Below are positions 12,060-24,117 of a stretch of DNA of 64,000 nucleotides, piece after piece. The position numbers were made by a program, and so were the translations under genes. Numbering within the stretch: position 1 is the stretch's first letter; each line of letters opens with the position of its first letter. The notes beneath the pieces were generated by a model. That model had not been told where the DNA came from, made no database searches, and saw only the letters and a program-made list of their open reading frames with translations. This stretch comes from Octopus sinensis (Eukaryota): positions 1 through 64,000 of the forward strand of contig NW_021833268.1 of assembly GCF_006345805.1 (NCBI RefSeq), read 5' to 3'.

Positions 12060-12298
12060 TGGAGGTGCGTGGCTTAGTGGTTAGGGTGTCAGCATCATGA
12101 TCGTAAGATTGTGGTTTCGATTCCTGGACCGGGCGACGCGTTGTGTTCTTCATCAAAACACTTCATTTCACGTTGCTCCAGTCCACTCAGCTGGCAAAAA
12201 TGAGTAACGCTGGCGTCCCGTCTAGCTGGGGAACACATACACCATTGAAACCGGGAAACTGGGCCCATGAACCTGGCTAGGCTTTAAAAGGGCGCATA
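12060..12298 (+). mobile_element. tRNA-headed SINE (family D-like)
   Basis: TGGCTTAGTGG / TTTCGATTCC boxes; CACGTTGCTCCAGTCCACTCAGCTG core. Confidence 0.75.
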
Positions 12299-12896
12299 CA
12301 TATACGTATGAATATGTATGTGTGTATAAATATCTGCGTGTAAATACATGTTGACGAAAATATGAGCACACTCCCAAAGTGCATTTGTATCGCAGCAATT
12401 TACTCACACGTCACCTCCTCAATTATTAAACGCTCTCTCTACCTCGTCCTCTCCCTCATTGCTAATACTTTCTCTCATTCCTTCTGTCATGGCTATTACT
12501 CTCACTACTTCTCCTTCACTGAATCACTCTTTTCTCCACTTTCCCTTCACTTATCCTACTCTTTCTCTCATCCCTCCCACTGCGTGATTTTGGACACGCA
12601 CGCACACACACACACACACACACACCACACACACACACACACATACTACGTAGCCCCGTGCCGTCAAAAATGACGATTAATTATAGTATTTTATATATAT
12701 ATTAGGTACATAATGATTAAAGTTACAAACATTCCCATACTATCCCTGTACACGTACACACATGCAGACATATACTCACACAGAGCTGAAACGCTGTTTG
12801 ATGCTTTTTTTCAGTGTTGAATGTTTGCCATCTCACTTCCATTACACATACACAGACATTCACTTACCTACCTTTTACACACATATACTCACACAG

Positions 12897-13714
12897 CCTT
12901 ACCCTAACCCTAACCATAGCCCTAAAACTTACCGTAATCATGAAGTTACCCTAACTCTAAACCTAACCCTAACCTTGATGCTAACCCTAACCCTAACCCT
13001 AATTCTAACCTTAAACCTTACCTGAACCCTAACCCTAACCCTAAACTTAACCCTAAACCTTAACCCTTAACCCTAACCCTTACCTCTAATCCTAACTCTA
13101 ACCCTTACGCTAGCCCCCTAACCCTAACACCGAAGCCCTAAAACCTAACCCTATCCTAATCCTAACCTTAACCCTAAACACTAAACCTAAGCCCTAACTT
13201 TAAACCTAAACCAAATCCTAATCCTATCCCAACCCTAACCCTAAACCCTAAAACTAACCCTAACCCTAATCCTAATTCTAACCTTAAACCTTACCTGAAC
13301 CCTAACCCTAACCCTAAACTTAACCCTAAACCCTAACCCTTAACCCTAACCCTTACCTCTAATCCTAACACTAATCCTTACTCTAACCCCTAACCCTAAC
13401 ACCGAAACCCTAAAACCTAACCCTATCCTAATCCTAACCTTAACCCTAAACCCTAAACCTAAGCCCTCACTTTAAACCTAAACCAAATCCTAACCATTAA
13501 TCCTAATCCTATCCCAACCCTAAATCTAACCAACCCTAACCCTAAACCCTAACTACTAACCCTAAACCCTAAACCTAACCCTAAGCTGTAACCCTAGCGC
13601 TAGCTCTAATCCTAACTCTAAACCCTAATTCTAACCCTTAAAACTATGTTAGCGATGAGTTTAGGGTTGGATGTAGGGGTTAGTCACTAGAGTTTAAGGT
13701 TTACTGTTAGGGTG
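12897..13714. repeat. Degenerate interstitial telomere-like (CCCTAA)n block with a 273-bp internal duplication and a short inverted (TTAGGG-like) end
   Basis: CCCTAA/CCTAA/CCCTAAA variants to about 13641. AATTCTAACCTTAAACCTTACCTGAACCC occurs at 13001 and 13274. GTTTAGGGTT..GTTAGGG variants at 13645-13714. Confidence 0.9.
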
Positions 13715-13809
13715 TTGCTTGTTTGGCATCCAAGGAGCTCGAAAGCCCTCCCCATCCCCCCACCCATGCGTAAAATATTTTACGTTAATATGTTTTCTTT
13801 ATATTTCAG

Positions 13810-13881
13810 CTCAAGGAATGGCTCGGAGAGCAGTGCGGAGATGCAGAACTTGTTTTTGCCTCCTTTCTTTCGGGGATGCAG
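13810..13881 (+). CDS. Candidate exon of a host gene (phase 1-1: QGMARRAVRRCRTCFCLLSFGDA; possible start ATG at 13818)
   Basis: Acceptor GTTTTCTTTATATTTCAG, donor CAG|GTTTAT, GC-rich unique island; phase-compatible with the 15242 exon. A second frame (LKEWLGEQCGD...) is also open. Confidence 0.4.
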
Positions 13882-14241
13882 GTTTATCTTCGGTTTCACC
13901 CGAACCATTGATGCACATACACAAACTCACTCACATACATAGACATACACACACAAACATATACACACGTACGCACATACACGCACAACCATATACATAC
14001 ACGTAATTGTAGACAAGATTAGAATACAATGATATCCTGCTGTAGGCAGGATTATAATACAAGGAAAACAATTATTGCATCCCGTTAGCTCACAAATTCA
14101 AAAATATAAATCTCACTGTAAGGGAAGTAACTCTTACAAAAAACATTTCGGAAGCACTGTCCAGACTTGTTTTGAGATTACTTCCCTTACTGAACAAGAA
14201 AGCTTAATAACAAAGTGTTTATATATATACATACACACACA

Positions 14242-14298
<57 letters not shown>

Positions 14299-15150
14299 GG
14301 TCCCTCGTTTATTTACATTTCTGAAGAAAAAAGATACCCTTCCCCCACCCCTAACCCTAACCCTAAAACAGATTGAAATGCAATAGATCGATACTAGGGT
14401 CATTATTATGGGTGACAATTTCATATGACACCGCTTGAAAAAACTGCCGGTCAAACCGAAAAGATCCAGTAAATAACACACAGAAACACAAAGTAAGGAT
14501 CGACTAGTCACGACTAGCTAGCACGGATGCGTGAGTACGAGAGTGCGTGCACCGGGACCACTGTTCTCAAGGAATACCTATATCTATCTATCTATACACA
14601 CACACACATATATATATATGATTCCAAATATATATATGGCTGGCTTCAGTAGGTTCTGTAAAACCTTGTGGTGCGATACCAGGTACTCTCTTTTACTCTT
14701 ACTCTTTTACTTAGACCAAAGCCTTGTGAGTGGATTTGGTATACGGAAACTTAAAGAAGCCCGTTGTATATATGTATATATGTGTGTGTGGTGTGTGTGT
14801 GTGTGTGTGTTTCTGTGTTTGTCTCCCCCCAACATCGCTTGACAACCGATGTTCTTGAATAGCTTATAAGCATCTTCCACACCGCAACTGAATAAAGAAT
14901 TTTGTTTGAACTACCCTTACCCAGCGCGTAATTCCAAAACTTCCCACTGTTTTTCAATCTTTTTTTTTTTTATATATTTGATTTTAAATGTGGACAGTTA
15001 ATGTTATTAAAATTAATTATCTCTAAATAACCATTAAATTGTTGCGAGGAAAATCATTTACTAACAGAGAAGGTTGTTACAAAAATAAATAATCTGTACG
15101 TACCTGGATGCATTATCCATTTCTTGAAATATAAACAACAGCAGGTCCTC

Positions 15151-15181
<31 letters not shown>

Positions 15182-15241
15182 TGTATGTAGCTCGCCAATC
15201 AATAGAGGTGGAATACGGTATATTTAAATTTTCCATAATAG

Positions 15242-15305
15242 ATTTATGGGACCAACTTTCTGTTAGGAAATGGTTCACAAACAAAAGAACCAATCTTCCA
15301 CAGAG
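15242..15305 (+). CDS. Candidate exon (phase 1-2: LWDQLSVRKWFTNKRTNLPQR)
   Basis: Acceptor AATTTTCCATAATAG, donor AG|GTAAAT; phase-compatible with 17054. Confidence 0.5.
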
Positions 15306-15832
15306 GTAAATGACTGCGCTCCAAGACAGTGTTCTTGAAGATAGACACAGAATATCTGCACTTCCTTCCTTGTTGTCTGCGACGGTGAACAATCTTTCGA
15401 CACTTACTCATTCCGTCGTGGAAGATGAAAGCCGAATGACATGAGGGACAATGATCAGCTGTAGGAAGGACTCCATGTTGACGGAAAAATCTATTACCAC
15501 AATGCCATTGTCACGGAAATGTGTGTGTGTATCTATGTGTTTGTGTTTATGTTTGTCCCCCACCACCACTTGATAACTGGTGTTGGTGTGTTTATGTTCC
15601 CGTGACTTAGTAGTTATACACTCACCTACACACACACATACCCACACTGCCAAGCACATGTGCGCATGTATATATGATATATATATTATATATATATATC
15701 TCACTGTATATTCCTACATCCAGTCTTGTGACATTTGATACCTCATGTCTATACTGAATGATAGGACTTCTGTGGTCAGCTCTTCTCTAAAACTATGAAC
15801 CACCAATCAATATGATCACGCTTCTAGATAGT

Positions 15833-16270
15833 TTCTTATTTCTTTACTGCCCACAAGGGGCTAAACACAGAGGGGACAAACAAGGACAGACAGAAGGATT
15901 AAGTCAATTATATTGATCCCAGTGTGTAACTGGTACTTATTTAATCGACCCCCTAAAGGATAAAAGGCAAAGTCGACCTCGGCGGAATTTGAACTCAGAA
16001 CGTAACGGCAGATGAAATACTACAAAGCATTTCGCCCAGCGTGCTATTGTTTCTTATTTCTATATTACCCACAGAGGGGACAAACAAGGACAGACAAATG
16101 GATTAAGTCGATTATATTGACCCCAGTGTGTAACTGGTACTTATTAAATTGACCCCGAAAGGACAAAAGGCAAAGTCGACCTCGGTGGAATTTGAACTCA
16201 GAACGTAACGGCAGACGAAATACAGCTAAGCATTTCACCCTGCATGCTGACGTTTCTGCCAGCTTGCCGC
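15833..16270 (-). mobile_element. Family B SINE dimer
   Basis: Consensus match; junction near 16047. Confidence 0.88.
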
Positions 16271-16519
16271 CTTTAGATATTTTCTGTGTACCAAATTCCA
16301 TGCAAAACATTGATCACTAATCCACCATGCTGTGTAGAATGACTAAACAAGAAACGACATTTTTGTGTGGCAAACTTCTAAACCATGTGGTAATTCGTAA
16401 TTTAATTGATGCATGAAACAGATTGATGTCAAATACAAATCAAGTAAAGGAATACTGAATAACAGTTACAGTGAAGGCTTATTGATCCAGTAATTGCTTT
16501 TGACTCACTTGTAATTTGA

Positions 16520-16830
16520 ATAATGTTTATTCCTTCTTGAGCCATGCCTGGCTCATAAGGGCTGGTTTCCCGGTTTCCTTGGCGCATAGGTTCCCCACCT
16601 GGACAGGACGCCAGTCTGTCGCAGGTGAGCTCCAAGATGCAGGAGGAAAGAGTGAGAGAAAGTTGTGGTGAAAGAGTCATCAGAAGTTCACCATTACCTT
16701 CTGCCGGAGTCGCGTGGAACTTAGGTGCTTTCGCTCATAAACACACACATCGCCCAGTCTGAGATTCGAACCCGCAATCCCTCGACCGCAAGTCAGTTGC
16801 TCTAACCACTAGACCATGTGGCTCCACTAA
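16520..16830 (-). mobile_element. tRNA-headed SINE (family C variant)
   Basis: Shares the head and CACCACAACTTTCTCTCACTCT with family C; same 3' part as 25985-26270. Confidence 0.75.
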
Positions 16831-17053
16831 TCTGAATAACGGAGATATATACTGAGGCCTTCAATAACTTTATAGCAAGTGTAATAGAATACCACATGGA
16901 TTTTGACTTGTAATAACTAATTATCTAAATGTAATAATTAATTATCTAAAATGAAAGATATTTTGTTGTCTCAGTATCTTGCAGATCATATTTAATTAAT
17001 GATATTTAATTAATGATAGCTTCCATGACAGACTTATGTATATGTTTATCCAG

Positions 17054-17152
17054 ACTTCAGTCGCTGCCTCTTCCAGATGTCACTGATGTCATTTTTGATG
17101 ATGTTACTCACATTCAGTTAAAATCTTCCTACATATGTTCAATTGGATCAAG
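17054..17152 (+). CDS. Candidate exon (phase 2-2: LQSLPLPDVTDVIFDDVTHIQLKSSYICSIGS), LRR-like
   Basis: Acceptor TATATGTTTATCCAG, donor AAG|GTCAGT, 99 bp open frame; VTHIQLKSSYICSI fits the LxxLxLxxNxIxxI register except S at the N position. Confidence 0.55.
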
Positions 17153-17209
17153 GTCAGTGTATTTAAGAAATCCATTTCTGAGATTCGATTGAGGGTTTTG
17201 CTTTCTGAG

Positions 17210-17760
17210 CTTGTTATTTCTTTACTGCCCACAAGGGGCTACGCATAGAGGGGACAAACAAGGACAGACAATGGGATTAAGTCGATTATATCGACCCCAG
17301 TGCGTAAATGGTACTTATTTAATCGACCCCCGAAAGGATGAAAGACAAAGGCCTCAGCGGAATTTGAACTCAGAACGTAGTGGCAGATGAAATACCGCCA
17401 AGCATTTTGCCCGGCATGCTAACGTTTCTTATTTCTTTACTGCCCACAAGGGGCTACACACAGAGGTGACACACAAGGACAGACAAACAGATTAAGTCAA
17501 TTATATCGATCCCAGTGCGTTACTGGTACTTATTTGATTGAGCCTGAAAGGATGAAAGACAAAGTCAGCCTCAGCAGAATTTGAACTCAGAACGTAGCGG
17601 TAGGCGAAATACCGGCATGCTAACGTTTCTTATTTCTTTACTGCCCACAAGGGGCTACACACTGAGGGGACAAACAAGGACAGACAAACGGATTAAGTCG
17701 ATTATATCAACCCCGGTGCGTAACTGGTACTTATTTGATCGACCCCGAAAGGATGAAAGG
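17210..17760 (-). mobile_element. Family B SINE trimer
   Basis: Junctions GCTAACGTTTCTTATTTCTTT near 17420 and 17620. Confidence 0.88.
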
Positions 17761-17849
17761 CAAGCCAACACATGGCGAAGCTACTCTGTGCTGGAACAAG
17801 AGCATTTGGCTCACACAATTTAACTACTGTGAGTAGCTCCAAGTTGATG

Positions 17850-18110
17850 TAATCGACTTAATCCGTTTGTCTGTCCTTGTTTGTCCTCTCTGTGTTTAGC
17901 CCCTTGTGTGTGGTAAAGAAATAGGTATTTCGTTTGCTGTTATGTTCTGAGTTCAAATTCTGCCAAGGTCGACTTTGCCTTTTATTCATTCGGGGTCGAT
18001 TAAATTAAGTACCAGTCACGCACTGGGGTCGATGTAATCGACTTAATCCCTTTGTCTGTCCTTGTTTGTCCCCTCTGTGTTTAGCCCCTTGTGGGTAATA
18101 AAGAAATATA
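17850..18110 (+). mobile_element. Family B SINE dimer (5' truncated)
   Basis: Junction GAAATAGGTATTTCG near 17918. Confidence 0.85.
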
Positions 18111-18234
18111 TATACAGTTGTCCTCAATTACAACGAGGGGGTATTGAAAAGTTCTTGGCTTTAAGGATGACGTGAAAGGCTTGGTTGGAGGTCCAACCTT
18201 CTGAGTTCTTTAAAGGGCTTAGAAAATTGCTAAC

Positions 18235-18640
18235 AGTTTTGGTCACTTGTCATCTCCTTTGTGAGGCCCAAAGTCTGAACAATTCGGCTTTATTTGCTTT
18301 TGAATTCATTGGCTTCTTTCTTGCAATTCTTTGTTCATATCCAAAGTCCTTCAACACTGTTCTTACACAATAAGGCAACCACAGAACTTGTAAACTCTCG
18401 AAAACTCTTTGAAAATCAATATTGAATAACTTAGCACTTAACTTTGCAGTCACCTGGATCTCTTCTTCGCTCGGCAGTGACCTTCTTCATTTCCCTTCTT
18501 CCTTCCTTCATTGATAACCATTGCTGAAACACTGAGCAGTTTGCTGATTGGTTTACCCATATTGATACCAGCCAATCATTTGTCTTCATGCAAATTCATT
18601 GATATCGTTCGTGTCAGTGGCTTTCCTTGCTGTGTTTTAT
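18235..18640 (-). mobile_element. Decayed Tc1-like transposase fragment
   Basis: Minus frame ...VRTVLKDFGYEQRIARKKPMNSKANKAELFRLWA resembles the Tc1/Tc3 second HTH and the ARKKP motif. Confidence 0.65.
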
Positions 18641-18772
18641 CAAATTCAATTTAGAATTAAACCAAAAACATTTATTTATGTACCTGCAGCAAAAAAGAAA
18701 GAATAATTAAAAAAAAGCACATCAAATCAACAGATGGCTAAAAGTCACAACTCTCTCTTCATATCTTTACAA

Positions 18773-19050
18773 ACACACACACACACACACACAACACACA
18801 CACACACACACGTACACACACACACACATACACAAACACACACATACACACATACACACACACATACACACACACACACACACACGTACACATACACAAA
18901 CACACACATACACACATACACACACACACATACACACACATACACACACACACACGTACACACACACACATACACACACACACACGTACACACACACGTA
19001 CACACACATACATACACACACACACACACACACGTACACACACACACATG
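18773..19050. repeat. Compound (AC)n microsatellite with ACGT/ATAC interruptions
   Basis: Visible directly. Confidence 0.95.
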
Positions 19051-19142
19051 CATAGACATATTTATTTATTGATACCAATGTATTTTATCTTTCTGCAAGT
19101 AAATTTCATTAGTTCAATTTTGGTAAATATAAGGAGGTTAAA

Positions 19143-19377
19143 GAATACTCTTTTACTCTTTTACTTGTCTCAGTCATTTGACTGTGGCCATGCTGGAGCA
19201 CCACCTTTAGTCAAGCAAATCGACCCCAGGACTTATTCTTTGTAAGCCTAGTACTTATTCTATCGGTCTCTCTTTTGCCGAACTGTTAAGTTATGGGGAC
19301 ATAAACACACCAGCATCGGTCGTCAAGCAATGTGGGGGGGGACAAACACAGACACACAAACAAATACACACACATAC

Positions 19378-19473
<96 letters not shown>

Positions 19474-19855
19474 TATATATACATACAGGGAGAATTCACA
19501 AAAAAAACAAAAGACGAAGACAAGTGGTGTATAAAACAAACAGATGTATTAGTATAACGCCGAGGAATTGAAAAAGTCTTTAATGTTTCGAGCCTATGCT
19601 CTTCTACAGAAAGGAACACAGAAAGAAACAAGGTGAGAAACAAGGAGAGAAAAAAATGTGTGTAGTGGCTACCGATCTATCATGGCGACTGTATGATGGG
19701 CTTCTTTTCAGTTTCCATCTACCAAATCCACTCACAAGGCTTTGGTCGGCCCGAGGCTATAGTAGAAGACACTTGCCCGAGGTGCCACACAGTGGGACTG
19801 AACCCGAAACCATGTGGTTTGTAAGCAAGCTACTTACCACACAGCCACTCCTTCA
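19143..19855 (-). mobile_element. Family A SINE split by a 200-bp Penelope-tail-like insert (about 19487-19690)
   Basis: SINE 3' half at 19143-19380, head at 19695-19855. Confidence 0.8.
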
Positions 19856-20664
19856 CCTATATATTAATTTTTCAATTTCCCCCTCCATTGTCTACATATA
19901 GGAGCAGGCATGGCTATGAAGTAAGAAATTTGCTTCTCAACCAGGTTCAGTCGAATTGAGTGGCCCCTTTGGCAAGTGTTTTCTGCCGTAGCCTCAGGTA
20001 GACCAAAGCCTCGTGAGTGGATTTGATAAAAAGAAACTGAGAGAAGCCTGTAGTATGTGTGTGTGTGTGTGTGTGGTGTGTGTGTGTGTCTGCATTTGTC
20101 TCCTGACAATTGCTTGACAACCAGTGTCAATGTGTTTACATCCCTGTGACTTAGCAGTTCAGCAAAAGAAAACAATAAAACAGGTACAAGGTTTTTAAAA
20201 AAACGAAGTAAGTAATCTGGAGTAAATTCATTTAACTGAGCTCCTTCAAGGCAAAGTCCCAGCATGGCTGCAGTCTAATGACTGAAACCAGTAAAAGAGT
20301 GAAATAATATTAAACTGAAGATTGTTGATAATAAGCTCTAATTATAAATTTGTGTGTGTGTGTGTGTGTGTAGGTGCAGGCGTAGCTATGTGATAAAAAG
20401 CTTTCTTCCCAACTACATGGTTCTGGGTTCAGTCCCACTGCGTGGCACCTTGGCCAAGCATCTACTATAGCTTCAAGCTGACCAAACCCATGGAAGTGGA
20501 TTTGGTAGGCAGAAACTGAAAGAAGCCCATCGTATATATGTATATGTGTGTGTATATATATATATATATATAAGGTAGAAAATATTTTAGGGGGCAAACA
20601 CATGTGGTGGATATATATAGAAAGAGAAAAGATGAAAAACATTGAAAAAACACAGAAGATTTGT

Positions 20665-20756
20665 GCATTATTTACATTATTTACATTCAACGGATATTCG
20701 TCCTCATCTTGTTTGTGTTAACAACAAAGATGAGGACAAATATCTGATGAATGTAA
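20665..20756. mobile_element. Fold-back (inverted dimer) of the hammerhead-SINE tail
   Basis: ACGGATATTCGTCCTCATCTTGTTTG-TGTTAACA-ACAAAGATGAGGACAAATATC; the arms match the tail at 52014-52075. Confidence 0.75.
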
Positions 20757-21552
20757 TGGATGTGTAATGTCAGTGTTCATACTCGACAGAGTGCAAGTAC
20801 CTTGAGAGAAAAGTTGGACCTAAGAAGCATCAGTTGTGGTGTGCAAGAGAGATGTTTGCACTTGTATAGTCATGTGGCGAGAATGGATGAAGATAGTTGT
20901 GTGAAAAAGTGCCACACCCTAGTGGTTGAGGGAACCTGTGGAAGAGGTAGACCCAGGAAAACCTAGGACGAAGTGGTGAAGCACGACCTTCAAACTTTAG
21001 GTCTCACCGAGGAAATGACTAGAGACCGAGACCTTTGGAAGTATGCTGTGCGTAAGAAGACCTGGCAGGACAAGTGAGGCCATAACCCATGGCCTCAGTC
21101 CTCTTATGCATACCTTTCCTTCTTGGGACACAAAACTCTACTTGTGAAGACCTGTTGGGGAAAGTGAAAAACAAAAACAAAAACAAAATCAAAATCAAAA
21201 TCGATCAACATCAATGGAAATCGTAGCTGTGATACCAGTGCCGGTGGCACATAAGAGAACCATCCAAACGTGGCCATTGCCAGCACCGCCCCGACTGCCT
21301 CCGTACCAGTGGCACGTAAAAAGCACTGTCTGATCGTGGCCATTTGTCAGTCTTGTCTGGCACCTGTGCCAGTGGCACGTAAAAAGCACCCACTACACTC
21401 ATGGAATGGTTGGCGTTAGGAAGGGCATCCAGCCGTAGAAACATTGCCAGATCAGACTGGGCCTGGTGCAGCCTTCTGGCTTCCCAGACCCCAGTTGAAC
21501 CGTCCAACCCATGCTAGCATGGAAATCGGACGCTAAACGGTGATGATGATGA

Positions 21553-21555
<3 letters not shown>
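20757..21555 (+). mobile_element. RTE LINE 3' fragment (ORF2 C-terminus, modular 3' UTR, (GAT)n tail)
   Basis: WMCNV..LREKLDLRSI..CVKKCHTLVVEGTCGRGRPRKT; about 90% similar to 23265-24083. Confidence 0.9.
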
Positions 21556-21588
<33 letters not shown>

Positions 21589-21604
21589 CCGAGTTGAAAA
21601 TTCT

Positions 21605-24083
21605 TTGGTAGTTAAAGCAATTAGAAGCATGAAGACAGGGAGAGCCCCAGGCCCATCAGGAATTACTGCAGAGATGCTCAAAATATCTGGCAGTGTTGGC
21701 TATAGCCTAGTCACCCGTATAGTTAATCAGGTGATACATGAAGGGGTCATACCCAATGACTGGTGTAGCAGCATAATAGTCAACTGCTACAAAGGTAAAG
21801 GTGATGCCCTAGATACAAATAATTACAGAGGTATCAAGCAGTTGGATCAGGTAATGAAGGTTACGGAGAGGGTCATAGCCCAACTAATTAGAGAGAGAGT
21901 TAGTTTAGATGAGATGCAGTTTGGGTTCGTGCCAGGGAAAAGTACCACTGATGCTATATTCCTGGTAAGGCAGCTGCAGGAGAAATACCTGGTCAAAGAT
22001 AAGCCCCTGTACCTGGCTTTCGTTGACATGGAGAAAGCCTTTGATAGGGTCCCCCGATCCCTTATCTGGTGGTCAATGAGGAAACTAGGGATAGATGAAT
22101 GGCTGGTGAGGGCTGTGCAAGCCATGTACAGAGATGCTGTAAGTAAGGTTAGGGTTGGCAACATGTACACAGAAGAATTCAAAGTAGAGGTTGGGGTCCA
22201 CCAGGGTTCAGTACTCAGCCCCCTCCTATTTATCATAGTCCTCCAGGCAATTACGGAGGAATTCAAGACAGGTTGCCCCTAGGAGCTCCTCTATGCTGAT
22301 GACCTTGCTCTAATTGCTGAGTCACTATCAGAACTGGAGGAGAAATTCCAGGTGTGGAAGGAGGGTCTAGAATCGAGGGGCCTTAGAGTCAATCTAGCTA
22401 AAACCAAAGTCGTAATAAGTAGGAAGCTAGACAATCCACAAATGTCTTCAGGAAGATGGCCCTGCTCAATCTGTAGAAAAGGTGTAGGTAGAAACTCTAT
22501 AAGATGTACCCAGTGTAAGCTATGGACACATCTAAAGACTCCGCCGGTTACGACGACGAGGGTCCCAGCTGATATGATCAATGGAACAGCTTGCTCGTGA
22601 AATTAACGTGCAAATGGCTGAGCATTCCACAGACACGTGTACCCTTAATGTAGTTCTCGGGGATAATCAGCGTGACACAGAGATTGACAAGGCTGACCCT
22701 TTGAAATACAAGTACAACTCATTTTTGCCAGCTGAGTGGACTGGAGCAACGTGAAATAAAGTGTCTTGCTCAAGGACACAACGCGTCGCCGGGAATCGAA
22801 CTCACAACCTTACGATCATGAACCGAATGCCCTAACCACTAAGCCACGCGCCCTCACACTATGGACACATAAGAGGTGCAGCAATGTCAAAGATAGGCTA
22901 ACTGGGAAGATAGTTTTTGTATGTGGCAGATGCTCGGGAGCATTAACCTCCGAAAATCTGCAGAAAACAACTTCCGTCACTTTCCAGGGGGAAAAACTAG
23001 AAGTAGTTGATAGCTTCCGTTATCTAGGTGACCAAGTCAGTAGTGGGGGTAGGTGCGCTGAAAGTGTAACTGCTAGAATAAGAATAGCCTCGGCAAAGTT
23101 TAGGGAGCTCTTACCTCTGCTGGTGACTAAAGGCCTCTCGCTCAGAGTAAAAGGCAGACTGTATGATGCATGTGTACGAACAGCCATGCTACATGGCAGT
23201 GAAACATGGGCCGTGACTGCTGAGGACATGCGTAAGCTTGTGAGGAATGAAGCCAGTATGCTCCGATGGATGTGTAATGTCAGGGTACATACTTGACTGA
23301 GCGTTAGTACTTTGAGAGAAATGTTGGACCTAAGAAGCATCAGTTGTGGTGTGCAAGAGAGACGATTGCGCTGGTATGGTCATGTGGCGAGAATGGATGA
23401 AGATAGGTGTGTGAAAAAGTGCCAATCCCTAGCAGTTGAGGGAACCCGTGGAAGAAGTAGACCCAGGAAAACCTGGGACGAGGTGGTGAAGCACGACCTT
23501 CGAACTTTAGGCCTCACTGAGGAAATGACCAGAGACCGAGACCTTTGGAAATATTCTGTACGTGAGAAGACCAGGCAGGACAAGTGAGCCCAGCCCACTT
23601 ATGCATGCCTTTCCTCCCTTGGACACACAAAGACCTGTTGAGGCAAGCGAAGTCGATATCGAACCTCATCCGACGACAGGCACCCATGCCAACCCCCTTT
23701 GCTTGCGAAGACATGTTGGGGCAAGCGAAATCGAAATCGAATTGAACCAGCCAGGATCCCTGGTCTGGTGGTACGTAAAAAGCACTATCCGACTCGTGGC
23801 CGATGCCAGCGCCGCCTTTACTGGCCTCCGTGCCGGTGGCACGTAAAATACACCAATCCGACCGTGGCCGTTGCCAGCCTCACCTGGCACCTGTGCAGGT
23901 GGCACGTAAAAAGCACCCACTACACTCACGGAGTGGCTGGCGTTAGGAAGGGCATCCAGCTGTAGAAACATTGCCAGATAAGACTGGAGCCTGGTGCAGC
24001 CTTCTGGCTTCCCAGATCCCGGTCGAACCGTCCAACCCATGCTAGCATGGAGAACGGACGCTAAACAGTGATGATGATGATGA
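21605..24083 (+). mobile_element. 5'-truncated RTE LINE (RT with PHD-like insert, C-terminus, 3' UTR)
   Basis: APGPSGI, NYRGIK, QFGFVPG, AFVDMEKAFDRVP, GVHQGSVLSPLLF, LYADDL, FRYLG, LHGSETW; (GAT)n tail. Confidence 0.95.
22532..22858 (-). mobile_element. Family C SINE inserted in the RTE with a 12-bp TSD
   Basis: TSD CTATGGACACAT at 22520-22531 and 22859-22870. Confidence 0.9.
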
Positions 24084-24117
24084 TATATATATATGTATAT
24101 GTATGTATATATATATA

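Noticed and set aside
13600-13714. Telomere-telomere fusion scar
   Set aside because: Orientation is CCCTAA then TTAGGG, the reverse of a fusion junction, and the G-rich side is short and degenerate.
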